From the human T2T-CHM13v2.0 reference genome, Homo sapiens, in the NCBI RefSeq assembly GCF_009914755.1, contig NC_060928.1: a stretch of 64,000 nucleotides of DNA. One strand, 5' to 3'. Of this stretch, positions 1 to 14,719 are shown piece by piece. A program made the position numbers and the translations under genes. Within the stretch, counting starts at the first letter, position 1. Every line of letters begins with the position of its first letter. Under the pieces are notes generated by a model. It was not told the origin of the DNA and made no database searches. It worked only from the letters and a program-made list of their open reading frames with translations.

Positions 1-1068
1 GCCCTACAGACTGATTTCACAGCAAAAGACTTTCTTCTCTTCAGTCTCCATACTGATGAAATAGCCTTCAGGATCACAGTCAAGTGTGATTGGAGGTCAG
101 TCATGTGGCTGCTTTTGGGTTCACAGTGGAGTCTGCTATTTTGGGGGCTTTTACTAGATGTGTAGATAAGAGTGTCTCCCTCCAGGTCCCTGGGAGGACA
201 GCTGTTCTACCACTAGGTGGGTCCCTGGTCAAGTAAGACTGGTGCTGGACTGAGACTCAGAGGGGCTGCAGCTAAAGTATAGGGCTGCTTCAGGATCTAC
301 AGCCAAGATAAAAATCTTTAGGCTTGCATCTGGGGCTACAAATGAGCATCCTCCCCTGCCTGATTCCAGACGGGGGAGGACTGCCTATGGACTGCATCTG
401 GGAGAGAATGGAGTTGGGTTGCAGGGCTACTTCAAGATCAGCACTGGGTTTGAAGTCAGTGAATTTGCCTTTGGGGGCATGTTTGGGCATGTCTCCTTCT
501 TGGTCCCTGCGCAGGCAACACTTCTCTCAGAATGCAACTGAAAAGGGCTACAACTAAGTTACAAGGTCATTTCAGAATCTCCTGTGTGACGAAGATCAGC
601 ATGCCTGGTTCTGGGGGGCACAAGCAAGTGTTTCTCCTGGCAGAACTCATAAACAGGACTGCTCTTAGCCTACAGCTTACACGGGCTGCTTCAGCATTCA
701 TAGCCAGTGAAGTTTGTGGTCCTGCCACCCAAGGCATGTGATTCTTTTTAAGTCGCTTGGCAGATACTTCTAATAGCAGGACCAAGGCCTAATGGGGCTG
801 TAGCTGAGTTTACAGTGGTACAAAGCTGTTTTCAGATTTGGAACCAGAACCACAGTTGCTGAGTGTGACACCTGGGTGCAGGCCTTCCCTCTCAAAATGG
901 CCTTCCTCTGTCTTGGGCTCTTGGGCTTCACCAATGTTTTTCAACCATCTAAGTGGTCCCAAAGCTCCCACAAAGGCAATTTTGTCTATGAATTGTTGTC
1001 AAATCTTGTTGCTCTTGGGTGATGTAAGCAGGGGATCTCCTATTCCACCACCTTGCTAAAGTCACTCC
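1..1068 (-). mobile_element. Old L1 (L1M-type) 5' UTR/5' end fragment
   Basis: Relatively GC-rich block ending in 'cctattccaccaccttgctaaagtcactcc', resembling the antisense YY1-containing 5' terminus of L1M elements; subfamily not resolved. Confidence 0.55.
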
Positions 1069-2422
1069 CATTAAGTAATTTTATATAAACTTTTTGTTCC
1101 TTATATTTATGACACTTGGATATTCTTCTCTCCTTGCTTATCTTTTTCTCTCTTTCTGGTTTAATAACCATAAGAATTGCTAGTCTCACGAGCCATTGTA
1201 TACTATTTTCACTCTCACCATAGTTTTCTCCTGAGTTTTAAATCTACCGATCTGCCAGTTTCTTTGTCTTTTCCCTCAATTTTTTTTTCCATATGATTTA
1301 TATGGCTCAATTTCCTCAAGTTTATGCTCCCATTTTATTATGTGGACAAAGCTATAGAAATTTTATGAGCAATTTTATGAAGAAAAATCTTGAGTCATTA
1401 GGTAATTTCTTATTTGCCTGCTACCTGACAGCATTAATAGCTTCAGCACATGGTGAATGCCTGTTTTTCTCCCAAAACTGTTGTGGGAAAAAAAAAATAA
1501 ATGGCATCAGGAAATGACTGAAATTCATAGTAAGAGTTTTTAATGCATTTTCTAAGAATTTGAACCTCAGCTCTGCATTCTTTATGTATTTCTTTGAAAG
1601 ATATCAACTTATTTTTTTATGTAAAAATTTGGAATGAAATGTTATTTAAGTGAAAATTTCCAAGCTCAGTCAGTATATGCAGGGTATATATATGCAATAT
1701 ATACCCATTATAGGTTATATTAATGTAACTTACCCATTTCTCACTAATATGCCATTACTTTTTTGTATTATGCCAGTATCTTACTTTCTCTGATTCCTAG
1801 AACTTGCCGTGGTCTTTTTCCCTTTATCACATGGTAGCATAACTGAAAGTAAATATTTTTCCCTGCCAATCACAGACACATAAACTCCATGAATATTGAA
1901 TTCATTTTGTCCACTCTCCTAAATAAGGCAAAAGAAAAAAAAAAGAGATTTCAGGTATATTTGGTGGGAATAATAAAGGTATTCACTTTGCATTTATTAT
2001 ATTTATCTATTCATTGAGAAGTTGAAGATGTTCAGAAAAATAAAGAAAATCTGCTGACTCTGCTAATGATCACAATGAAAAAGTATTTCAGTAACTATTC
2101 TCCTTATAGTTTAGCATATGGCATTTCTTCATGAACATGGCAGGTACATTATTAACATATATTCTGCAGTTATTGAATGCAGTCTTCTGCAATGTTGATT
2201 AAGTCAATTTGATAGTGTTGTTCGAGTCTTTGTCTTATTTTTCTGTTATTGAGAAGGAAGTGATAAAATCTCCAGTTACAATTGGGCATTTATTTATTTC
2301 TCCCTGTAATTCTGTCAAGTTTTTCTTCATGTTCCTTTAAATTCTATCAAGTTTTTCTTCATGTCTTTTAAGCTCTGCACATGAGATTATGTGCAGAGGA
2401 TACATGGAAAATACATGGAGGA

Positions 2423-2432
2423 TTTTCTTTTC

Positions 2433-2467
<35 letters not shown>

Positions 2468-2599
2468 TTTTTTTTTTTTTTTTTTGAGACAGGGTCTCAC
2501 TATAGCTCACTGCAGCCTCAACATCCTGGGCTTAAGTGATCCTCCCACATTAGCATTCTGAGTAGCTGGGACTACAGGCTTGAGCCACTGTGCCTGGCC
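2423..2599 (-). mobile_element. Alu monomer (FLAM/AluJ-like, internally deleted) with (CTTT)n/poly-T tail
   Basis: 'gagacagggtctcact...gtagctgggactacaggcttgagccactgtgcctggcc'; 'aggatttt' on both flanks as TSD. Confidence 0.85.
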
Positions 2600-2632
2600 C
2601 AAGGATTTTTACACATACTTGATAAGTTGACA

Positions 2633-2940
2633 CTTTTTTTTCTTTCTTTTTTTTTTTTTTTGAGACGGAGTCTGACTTTGTTGCCAGGCTGGAGTGCAGT
2701 GGTGTTGTCTTGGCTCACTGCAACCTCTGCATCCTGGGTTGAAGTGATTCTCCTACCTTAGCCTCCCGAGTAGCTGGGACTATAGTTGCATGCCACCACA
2801 CCCAGCTAATTTTTAAATTTTTAGTAGAGATGGGGTTTCACCATGTTGGCCAGGATGGTCTCCATGTCTTGACCTCATGATCTGCCCGTCTCGGCCTCCC
2901 ATAGTGCTGGGATTACAGGCATGAGCCACTGTGCCTGGCC
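2633..2940 (-). mobile_element. AluS
   Basis: Full dimeric antisense Alu; TSD aagttgacactttt / aagttgaccctttt. Confidence 0.95.
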
Positions 2941-5824
2941 AAGTTGACCCTTTTAATATTATAGCATATTCCTCTTTGTCTCTGGTAATACTCATTGTCC
3001 TGAAGTTTGCTTGGATAATATAATGGTAATACCAATGTTTTTATGTTTAGTGTTGTTGGCATTTCTTTTTCCTTCTTTTATTTTAACAGGTCTATATCTT
3101 TATATTTGTTTCATCTCTTGGGTATAGCATATAGTTAGGTTTTCTCTAGGGACTGTAATAACCATCCTTAATTCATCACAATCTACCTTTAATTAATGTA
3201 GCACATGTATAATGTAAGACATTTACAACATCCTTTATGCTATTTTTATGATACATTTTATTTCTGCAAATGCTATGAGCCCCATGATATATTGTTATTT
3301 TTGCTTAAGCAATCAACTGACATTTTTGTTTTCTATCTTAAAACTTGATTGTAGGTAACTCAATAAAGGAAATAAAATAATGTTTCTTATTTCCCCACAT
3401 ATTTACCATTTTCAGTGCTCTTCATTTTTTTATATACATCTGAATTTCCACCTGCTACCATTTACCTTCTTCTTGAAGAAATTCCTTCAGAATTTTTTTG
3501 TAGAGTGGGTATGGCTGCCAGCAACAAATTATTGGCTTTTGTTTATCTAAAAAGTCTCAATTTTATCTTTAATTTTAAGTGATATTTTTGGTAAATATAG
3601 AATTATATGTTGACAGGTTTTTTTTCAGCACTTTAAATATTTTGTTTTATTCTGCCTTCATTGCTGTTAATGAGACAACAGCCATCATCGTGCTTATTAT
3701 TGTCCTCTTGAATGCAGTATATCTTTCTCTCTGGATGTTTTTAAGATTTTCTCTTTACCTTTGGTTTTCTACAGTTTGACTATGATATATTTAAATGCAG
3801 TTTAAAAAAAATATTCATCCTGCTTGGGTATTACTTTGCTTCCTGAATATGCATTTGTTTTTTTTAACATTAAACATTTTAGCTAATATTTCTACACATA
3901 TTTTCTGCCCTATTAACTCTTTTCTCTCTTAGGAACTTCAGTTACATTTATATTAGACCAGTTGGTATTTTTAAATTTTTTCCTGTGCTTCAATTTGGAT
4001 AATTTCTACTGACCTGTTTTCAGATTCATTGGTGCTTTCTTCTAATTTCTCCATTCATAATTATGGCATTGAGATAATTTTTAATATAGATATTACATGG
4101 GTTTTTATATAATTAAAAAAATATTGCACACCTCAAGTCCATTCCTGTTAATTCCAAAATATGGGATATCTGAGAGTCTCTTTCCATTTATTATGTTTTC
4201 TTTTGAGTCATATTTTCTCACTACTTCTCATGTATATTTACTTTTATCCAATCTTGGACATTGGAGAGATACATCCTAGTGAGTTGGGATTGTGTTATCC
4301 TCTTCTAAAGAATGGTTTGGTTTTGGTAGGGAGTTAAATTTATATTGATTACTATGGACTTGTGGAGGTTTGAGTTTAGGCTTTTCTTATGGTATGTCTA
4401 TTTTACTTTTTCCCTTACTAAGATGTGATCCTTATTTCCAAAGCCTGGTCCTTCTCAGGTTTTAATGGAAATCCTGAATTGTTTACTACTCTCTAACTTG
4501 GCAGAGTTGAGCTTTCAAGGTTATTTCCCCTAAAATGGGAAACTTTCGGAATCTCTCTTCATTCCTTTCAAACTTCTTCATGATTCACATCGGCCACTTA
4601 GGTTCTTGTCATATACATGCACAGTTAAGTGTCAACCAGTGATAGGAGGGGAATTTTATGCAAATTTGGGGCTCCTGAACTTCTTCACTCAATTTCTCAG
4701 ACACACAGTCTCTAATTCTGACTTCTGAATCATCATCCCAGGGAGACCTTTGTTTTTAGCTTGAGTTCTATTCCTTGTGAAACGTCGGACAGTGGCGTGC
4801 CCTCAAAAGAAAGCCTATAAAAACATGAATTTTACCAATGTGCTTCCTGTTTCAAAACATGGATTTTCTCCAATTTCTATCTGTTTTGTTTGCTTTTCTG
4901 AGCCTGCAAATATATGCTTTTAAAAATACTTTATTCAGAGGTTATTATGTTATAATAATAAGCTACTTTGCTGTAATGAGGAACAAGATTCTGTATCTTC
5001 CTTATGGAAAGTCATTTTATCCACTATCCATCTTTATAAGCTGTCTAAAATCAAATTATTAAAAAGACAAATCATTTTGTATACTAATATCAATTTTTGT
5101 ATGATAGACTCCTTTTATATGGACCAGAATATGAAATATTTTACTAACACTCTATAGCCTTGATGACTTAAGGAATTATGAAAAATATACCAATTTGGCT
5201 GCATTTATGACAAAAAGTATTATTTTCTATGTCTATTTTATATTATGTCCTTGTGTTCAGAGTGAGCTCTCAAAAGGTATACCTGGTTTGTAAAAAATAT
5301 TTTAAAAGTGACTTTTATGTCATTAGTCACCACATACCTGACACTTAACTGGTAGACACTAAGGCCAATTCAATTAGGATGCTGAATTTTTCAGTAGTGG
5401 CAAATGCTTGGCTCAATTGGCTATATTTCAAATCAGAATCCATGTCATCATTAGGATATAGGTCAAGTAAATGAGGAGTAATAAGGAAGCTAAACCCATT
5501 AAAAACCTGGCCAGAACTTGGCCTTACTAATGATAACCATATGCAAGAGCACACAATATGCTGGTTTCTTTGCCAAGAATTAATATCTCTAAAGCGAAAC
5601 TCCTTTAAATTCCTCTAAACGTGATCAAATTTAGCTGTCATCCATATTCCTTGCTCTGTTTGACACATAGCACTAGATGAAGCAACTCTTTTGCTTCAAG
5701 AAGAGATGTCTCCAATCCCATGTCAATCTTCTCCTTTGTTGAGCATTATTTTCAGCAGAATTGATATGTCCCAGTGGATAAAGGAGAATATATCACTACA
5801 GGTATTCTTGACAAAATGTATGGA

Positions 5825-5975
5825 CATTGGGATTAAAATATACGTCTGGCTCATCTGAGATGTGTGGCACTGTGAAAGTCACATATCCTCTGATTCCGAG
5901 TCTTATGTTTAAAATGGAGAAATATAAGATATAGTCAAGGAAATTTTCTGAGGATTAAATGAAATTATGTAAAGA
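5825..5975 (+). mobile_element. MIR fragment
   Basis: Degenerate MIR core '...taaaatggag...tgaggattaaatgaaattatgtaaag'. Confidence 0.6.
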
Positions 5976-6234
5976 AATAATTTTGTTATTAAATGTTAAC
6001 TATTTGTTACATCAATTTTTTTATTTAATAAGATTTTACTTTACTTGGCTTAAAATCCTCAAAATTACATATAAGAAGTTTCATCTGACATTAAGCTTTT
6101 GATGATAAACGACCAAAGATTTAGCATATAAAGTAGGCAGCTTTGCTACACAATGAATTGATGTTAAACGGGGCACAGATAATAAAGAAGAAAAACTTAA
6201 GTAATCAAAGAATTATTAGCACTTAAGACTGATA

Positions 6235-6485
6235 TCTAGTGGTGAAGGGCTCATTTAGGTTTTGGCAACAGAGAGAACTGGATCCACGTACAACTCTGCC
6301 ATTGTACCCTTGGCCAAAATACTTAATCTCTAAACTTCAGTTTTCTTATTTTTACATGGGTTTGGTATTAAATATCTATCTTAGAAATGATTAGTGAGGC
6401 ATAATGAAAAATGTCCATGTTAATCACTGAGCCATGGGCCCAGCATAGAGTGACACTCATAGGATATTGTTGTGTGTTGTTATTA
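6235..6485 (+). mobile_element. MIR
   Basis: 'ctctgccatt...ccttggccaaaatacttaatctctaaacttcagttttcttat...cccagcatagagtgacactca'. Confidence 0.7.
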
Positions 6486-6507
6486 ACTCAGTAACCAAGG
6501 TGTGTCA

Positions 6508-6852
<345 letters not shown>

Positions 6853-6899
6853 CGAATAAAATTTAATTTGGAATATTATACTGATTTTATTGTCACTAC

Positions 6900-7080
6900 A
6901 TTAATTGCTTTATGCATAGTACTTCATTTGAGTTTACCAAGATCCTGTAAAAAAATTTTTAACCGTGCTTTACCAGAATAAAACTGAAGCTTGGATGGGT
7001 TAAAAACCATGGAATGAATAAGGTAGGAGGTTGGGATATGAACTAAGGCATATCTGACTCTACATTCCATACTCTTAACA
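6900..7080 (-). mobile_element. MIR fragment
   Basis: 'aaactgaagcttggatgggttaa...gggatatgaactaaggcatatctgactc'. Confidence 0.55.
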
Positions 7081-7884
7081 ATTTGATTATTTTAAAATTC
7101 CTATAATGTCATAAATCGTATAACAAAATTATTTTCAGGCCTCAAATTCTGGCTCAGAAATTACAGTCACTATAAGATTTTCTATTATGTTGGTGAGATA
7201 CACAGAAGTCAGAGACCCCTTTTTTGGGAATTAATTGGTAGTTCAATAAGAAAACTAAACGTTTTTAGAAATAAATAAAATTAAATAATGCTATAAGCAG
7301 CTGATCCAGAAATGATTTAAATATGCATATTAATCACACACAAATAAATGCATGAGTGCCAAGAGTTTGCTGGAAAGCTAGAAGTGTCTAAACTCAAATG
7401 ATTGATAGGTAAATCAACAACAATAAAACAACACAAAGAAAAAAGGCAGCAGTATTTTTAAGACAGATATGATACAGAGGTGTCAAGAAATAAGCTTTCA
7501 ATGTGAGAGACGTAGTATGCAAAGAAATTCCCTTTAGTCAACTTGATTTTTAGCTATATTTCAAGCCTATTTAGAAAATTGAAATTGAATCCACACTACC
7601 TTATCTTAAAACACAACCCTGTGGGTATATACTTCAACAAAACTTTCCTTTTAATCAATTCTATTTATTTTCATTTTCATTTTCTTTCCCTTTCTACATT
7701 CCAAGAGATATATTTCTTTGAACACTTTTTATATAATCTACAAATCAAGGGTAGTCTTATCTAACAGTCTCTAGAGTGACATACCTCTTATTTAAGGATT
7801 TAATCACATTTTGACACACTTTTAATAGGAAAATCTGGTTTACTTTTTCAGACTAATGAGAGATACCAGCGGTTCATGAGTTTT

Positions 7885-7935
7885 ATGGTTTGTTTTTTTT
7901 TTTGTTTGTTTGTTTGTTTTTGGTGGTGGTTGTTG
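7885..7935. repeat. T-rich/(TTTG)n simple repeat
   Basis: Directly visible. Confidence 0.85.
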
Positions 7936-9462
7936 AATTTGAAAAGAGGAAAATAGAGGGGCAAAAGTAAGTGAATATGTCCAAAGCCTCTGAACAATAA
8001 AAATGCATTGGGGTAATTGTAAAAAGAAGAAATTTTGGAGGGATGATTGGTTTCTTACTAAAATGGTAAAGTATACATCTTTATACAATCAGCAATATAT
8101 AGGCATCATAACATGAAAATACATGTGTCATATAATTCCTATCAAGAGAACCTGGGTAGGACCTAGACTATGTTGTTGCAATATCTTTGGAAATTGCATG
8201 TGGATGAGAATTACAGTTATTCAGGCTTTTGTCAGATTATTAAAGATAAGGGATGATGAAGGTCACTAAAATGAATATTCTTATCAAAAAAGAAAAATTA
8301 CATTGGCTATTAAATGTGTTAAGAACAGGCTTTTTATCTACCAAAACACTATGGAAGATAGTCACTATGAAAGTATTATCGGTTTGATGATAAAGCTAGA
8401 CTGATATAAGAACAATTTCTATATTTGAGGAAGAAACAAAAGATTTTTATAAAATATCACTGTTTAATTACAAAGATAAATTATGGTTATAGGATATGTT
8501 AATTTTTATTTTTATTAAGTTTAGTCACTTGAAAACAATTTATCGACTTTTGATCAATTGTTTCTCTGTTATCTGTGTTTGTAATTATTGTCAAGTGATG
8601 AAATTGATAAGCTTTAATTTTTTTATACTCTGTTTAATATGAAATATAAATATTTTGTAAGCATGTTTTATTTACGTTATTGAAAACATAAAGCAATTTT
8701 TAGAGAGATGCATATATACAAACAAATAGGTGATAATATTTTAAAAGCTGCCCGACATTTATTTTTATTCACTAGATTCTTATGTTATTAATTGGGGGAT
8801 ATCTTTATACCTTAAGTAAGACTAATTACTTAAGGCATATGCATTTAAAGTAATTTAATGCATCAGAAATATTATTTTTCTCTACTTAACAATATGGAAG
8901 TATTTAGATTTCCACTGAATAAAAAAATTTCTTGGGTGATACAGCCATACATTTTTATCCCTATGTCTGTGCACTTAAATGTGTGGCAAAATAACAGTGT
9001 TAGTATGATAAGTAGATATTTAGATGTTTTTAGTTTCTCTTTACTTCTTTGTATTTTCTAATTTTCTTATAAAATGCCATAAATCTCTATCAAAAACTTG
9101 TTTTAATTGGAAATCTAAACAAGGGTAAAATCAAAAAGTAGAAAAATAAAGGAAAGCACTTATATATTAAATGAAAGAGAATAGTTTAACATGGAAGCAG
9201 TGGAATATCCTGGAGAAGTGTTTGTTCTTCTTACACTCTGATAAGGAAGCAAATGCTGCTAGTTGCCTAGTCAATATATCCAATCATTTTTTTTCCCATC
9301 ATACAAGTGTAATGACAATTTTTACAAGGTAGCAGTGTGTCCTGTTGAATGCTCTCATACTTGGATGTGACATAGTATTACCAAATGAGATGTGTATTGT
9401 GCAGGTCTTGGACTGTTTTGCTCTTCAATCCAGAGATGCTGCCTCCATCTCTTCATCACTTC

Positions 9463-10079
<617 letters not shown>

Positions 10080-12081
10080 CTTCATCACTTCTTATTCTTG
10101 TTGCCTGGAATGTGAATGCAGCACCTAGAGGATTAGCAGCCATCTTGCAACAGTGAGGACAAGGGTTACATACAAAGTATAGAAAGCAGAAAGATAAAGG
10201 GGCTGTGGCTCTTGACAATATCCTTCAACAACTGAATCTTTCTCTAAACTTCTATTTATGTAGGGACATAAATATAAGTTGCCATTTTTTACAGTTTCAG
10301 TTAAGTTGGAGCCAAACATGTCTTAACTAGTAAATGCTAATGTAGGTCTTCCAACAGGAAGCCTGTGGTGCCTAAACATCAAGAGTTCCAGAAAATAAAT
10401 AGCTCTTTCATTCAGTACTGCCCTCATTCCAGGCAAAATAGACCCTCTGAGTCCCATGGCAATACCCACATCTCTTGACATACGTCCTTAAAGCAAAAGT
10501 TGACTGTGTCTGAATCCCATAAATAGTTTCAGATTGTGCCAATGCCAGCTGCGAGAAGGACACTGCTTTGCAGATCAGAGTATTTGAACGGTGAAAACAA
10601 AGTCATTTAAGAATGAATATAAATCAGTTGACCTGTCAAATCTGGTGTCTCAACAGCATACATGAAATAGGTTTTTTTTTCTATTTTAAATATATTTTTC
10701 TCAGTGGTGCTGAGTATCCATTTTCTTGCTTCTCTTCATATTCTAAATCATGGCTCTACAGGTTCTCACAAATGTGAGTGTTATTCAAAGCAGTTGCACA
10801 TAGCAACTGAAGTATATTTTTCAATATTAAACACTTTATATTTCTCTCAAATTTCAATATGTATAAATGGATGCAAAGTTTAAAGTATGATATCATTTCT
10901 AAATATTGGCAACCAAATAGATAGTAAATGTTAGAATTAAGAATATTTTTATTTTATAGAGACTTCTAACAATACTGATTAACTTTTTAAAAAGTAAAGA
11001 AAAATGTTCAGCTCTTTATTAAAAGGCCATTGATGGCAAGCTTATGATAATGCTGCTAACATGTTTGATAAAGCAAATAGCAGCCAATATTATGGCCAAA
11101 GATCCACGGCATTCTTTGTGCTACTTAGGGTGCACAGTCTGAGTTTTTACTAAAAGACATATCTTCAATTTTGCCAGAATTGATGACACTTAGGGAACAA
11201 TTACAAATTTACAGTCAAATTTTCTAGACCTTTTCACATATAGGAATCTTAATAAAGCCTATATAAAATTTGAGATTACAACTACCCTTGGACTTATGAT
11301 TGAAATGACATCTAAATGTTATTAAAGGTGTTAAAATCAGTATAGACAAGATACAAGATGCATGAAAACAGGTAAAATAGATCTGCAGCTAAAGATGTCA
11401 TTTTTTGTTAAAAAATGTAGTGAATTTGAAATATGCATGAACTGCATTTTTGAATATGAACTATTGCTTATAATAGTTTAGTAAAAGCTTACAGAAACTC
11501 AGAGATCTACATTTGGTAATCTCAGTTTTAAAGGGACTAATTGCTTTAAAAGTTTTAAATTAAATGTTTTTTCCCCCTCTGTCAAAAATAGACTGCATGT
11601 GAAATATACAGCAAAAGCATCATTCCGTTAAGATATAACAATAATAGAACACAAAAACTAAAATGTTTGCTTGAACATGAAGAGGGATATTTGCATACAA
11701 GTAAATTCCAAACTAATATTTAGAAATTATTTTTTAACAAATATAGTTCAAGATATAGTCCTGATTGAGTAGTATATTGCTTTTTAAAAATTTTCTATAT
11801 GGCAAAATAAAATATTATACAACTTACATGTTAAAATGATAATTTATCATTTGGGATCTTCTTTGTATGATATGTATAAACCAAGGCTCATTCCAGAATC
11901 AAAGTATTGATTTAAGAATTGATATTTCCTATTGATGATGACTCAATGGAACAATGTCTTCTTTAAAATTTGAAAGTATAAAAAACAATCTAATTAATAA
12001 ATGTAATAACTCAATAAATGTTTAATTTGGCACATCTGGCAATAAAATACAAATTATGTTAAAAAGCTTCTTTCTAATTAG

Positions 12082-12313
<232 letters not shown>

Positions 12314-12342
12314 TTTTACTTATTTTACTTATCAAAATATTT

Positions 12343-12540
12343 CAGACCTGTCAACAAAACACAGGGACATGCACAATAATTATTTATTTCAAATTACTCA
12401 GTACTTTGTCCTCTTTCAGTCCCATAAATATACTTTGCACATCTCCACATGTGTTCATATAAAGTATATTTACATGTAGTGTACATGGGCTTGCATTTCT
12501 ATTCTTGTCCTAGGCCCTGAAAATGTCATGGAACAGCCTG
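12343..12540. mobile_element. Possible hAT-type MITE remnant
   Basis: Imperfect TIR-like ends 'cagacctgtc' / 'aacagcctg' and 'cttgtcctaggccctgaaaatgt'; no clear TSD. Confidence 0.3.
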
Positions 12541-12578
12541 TCACCATTTCACATAGTTGCTTAAAAATAAAGAGCAGA

Positions 12579-13100
<522 letters not shown>

Positions 13101-13533
13101 CTAAGCTTAGGTCACAAAATTAAATGCAACTTGTCACATTAGAGGACAGATATCAGTAGGCACAGAAAGTACAGATTATAGAAAATTGGTAGAAATGTAA
13201 AAATCAGTAGCAAAAAAAGAGAAAAAGAATGTCTTGGGAGTTTTAAAAGTACTAAATTTCTAAATTCTTTTAGAATTAAAACATTTGCAAATTTCAAAAC
13301 AAATCTGTAAACTCTCTCCACCTATGTAGGACTATGATAGATGAGTCCAGTGAGAAGTGATGGACATTTCAACAAATAGTGTTGGATATTTAGTTTTATT
13401 TCTACATTTACACAATAAATTGAAGATTCTACAATAAATTTAGGATGACAAAAATTTATATGGTAGACATTTAAAGACACAAAAATAAAGACCCTGAAAA
13501 TTAATTTTAAGGTAGAAAACTTTTTCTAAATAT

Positions 13534-14310
13534 TGAAATGGGAGAGTTCCCTTATTTTCCTCGCAAGACGTGTGACAGGGGTGTGGCCTGCCTGCTGGAT
13601 CACCCCACAGCTCAAACCCCTAGTAGGAGCATGCAGATGGGCAGGTACAGAGGCTAGGGTGAGCGGTTTTGGGCTCTGTCCCCATGGCAGCATCTAGAGG
13701 TGGGCTACTCCCGAAGCCCAAACAGGCGTGTGTTACAAAGCTCTTTCAGATATGCCATCTGCAGACGGCTTGTGTGTTAATAAGTTGCATGGACCCTCTG
13801 CCTTATCAGAAAGGCAGAGGGCTAGTGTGACAGCCCTCTGTATGCCAAGCTCTTGCCCAGTGTCCCGAAAGAATCGGATCACACCCAGGCTTGAAGGATG
13901 AGTACAAGGTTTTATTGAGTGGTGGAGGTGGCTCTCAGTGAGATGCAGGGGAAGCCAGAAGTGGGGATGGAGTGGAAAGGTGGTCTTCCCCTGGAGTCGG
14001 GCCTCTCAGTGGCCAGACTCTTCTCCAACCACCCCGGCCAATCTCCCCTTGGTGTCCAAATGTCCCTCCTCTTCTCTCTTTCTCTGCCATGTCATTCCGC
14101 CGGCACTGTTCTGCTGGTCTCCATGTTCAGCCACTTGAGTGCGTGCCCGCTAAGGTCTCGAGTTTATTTGGGGGCAAGATTAGGGGGCATGGCGAGCCAC
14201 AAGGCAACTTTTTTGAGTGCAAAAACAAATGTCTGTCCTCATTTAGGGCAGTGGGTCTTCGGGCTCGAGGATGGGGCCATTGCTCGGGGAACCACGCTCT
14301 TCTACCCAGT
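13534..14310 (-). mobile_element. ERV1 solo LTR (LTR1/LTR27/LTR28/MER52 group)
   Basis: Minus strand starts 'actgggtagaagagcgtggttcccc' and ends 'gggaactctcccatttca'; AATAAA on the minus strand near 13911; GC-rich. Confidence 0.8.
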
Positions 14311-14432
14311 CATAAGGATAAAACAAAAATATTACAGTACTTTTTTTTTTCAGTTGAACTGAGATGATGTTTGCAGCACTATGACAGGCCAGGATTCAGA
14401 CTATTGATATTAAAAAAAAAATCTTACAAATT

Positions 14433-14719
14433 GGCCAGTCGCGGTGGCTCACACTCCCATCACTTTGGGAGGCCGAGGCGGGCAGATCACGAGGTCAGGA
14501 ATTTGACAGCAGACTGACCAACATGGTGAAACTCCGTCTCTACTAAAAATACAAAAACTAGCCCTGCGTGGTGGCGTGCGCCTGTAGTTCCAGCTACCCG
14601 GGGGGCTCAGGCAGGAGAATCACTTAAACCTGGGAGATGGAGGTTGCAGTGAGCCAAGATCGCGCTACTATACTCCAGCCTGGGCGACAGAGCTAGACTC
14701 AGTCTCAAAAAAAAAAAAA
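14433..14719 (+). mobile_element. AluS
   Basis: Dimeric Alu with poly-A; small deletion near the 5' end. Confidence 0.95.

Larger units (their letters stand above)
2140..4950 (-). mobile_element. Degraded ancient L1 (L1M; endonuclease, ORF1 and 5' region) interrupted by two Alus
   Basis: T-rich sequence with typical antisense L1M motifs ('ttattgagaaggaagtgataaaatctccagttacaattg', 'ttttttcagcactttaaatatt', 'gtttgactatgatatat'); boundaries approximate. Confidence 0.65.

Noticed and set aside
10533-10590. Exon-like stretch (CANASCEKDTALQIRVFE)
   Set aside because: Weak polypyrimidine tract and weak donor (ACG|gtgaaa); peptide not recognised
13919-14367. Overlapping 147 aa and 131 aa ORFs
   Set aside because: Lie antisense within a GC-rich ERV1 LTR; no recognisable protein
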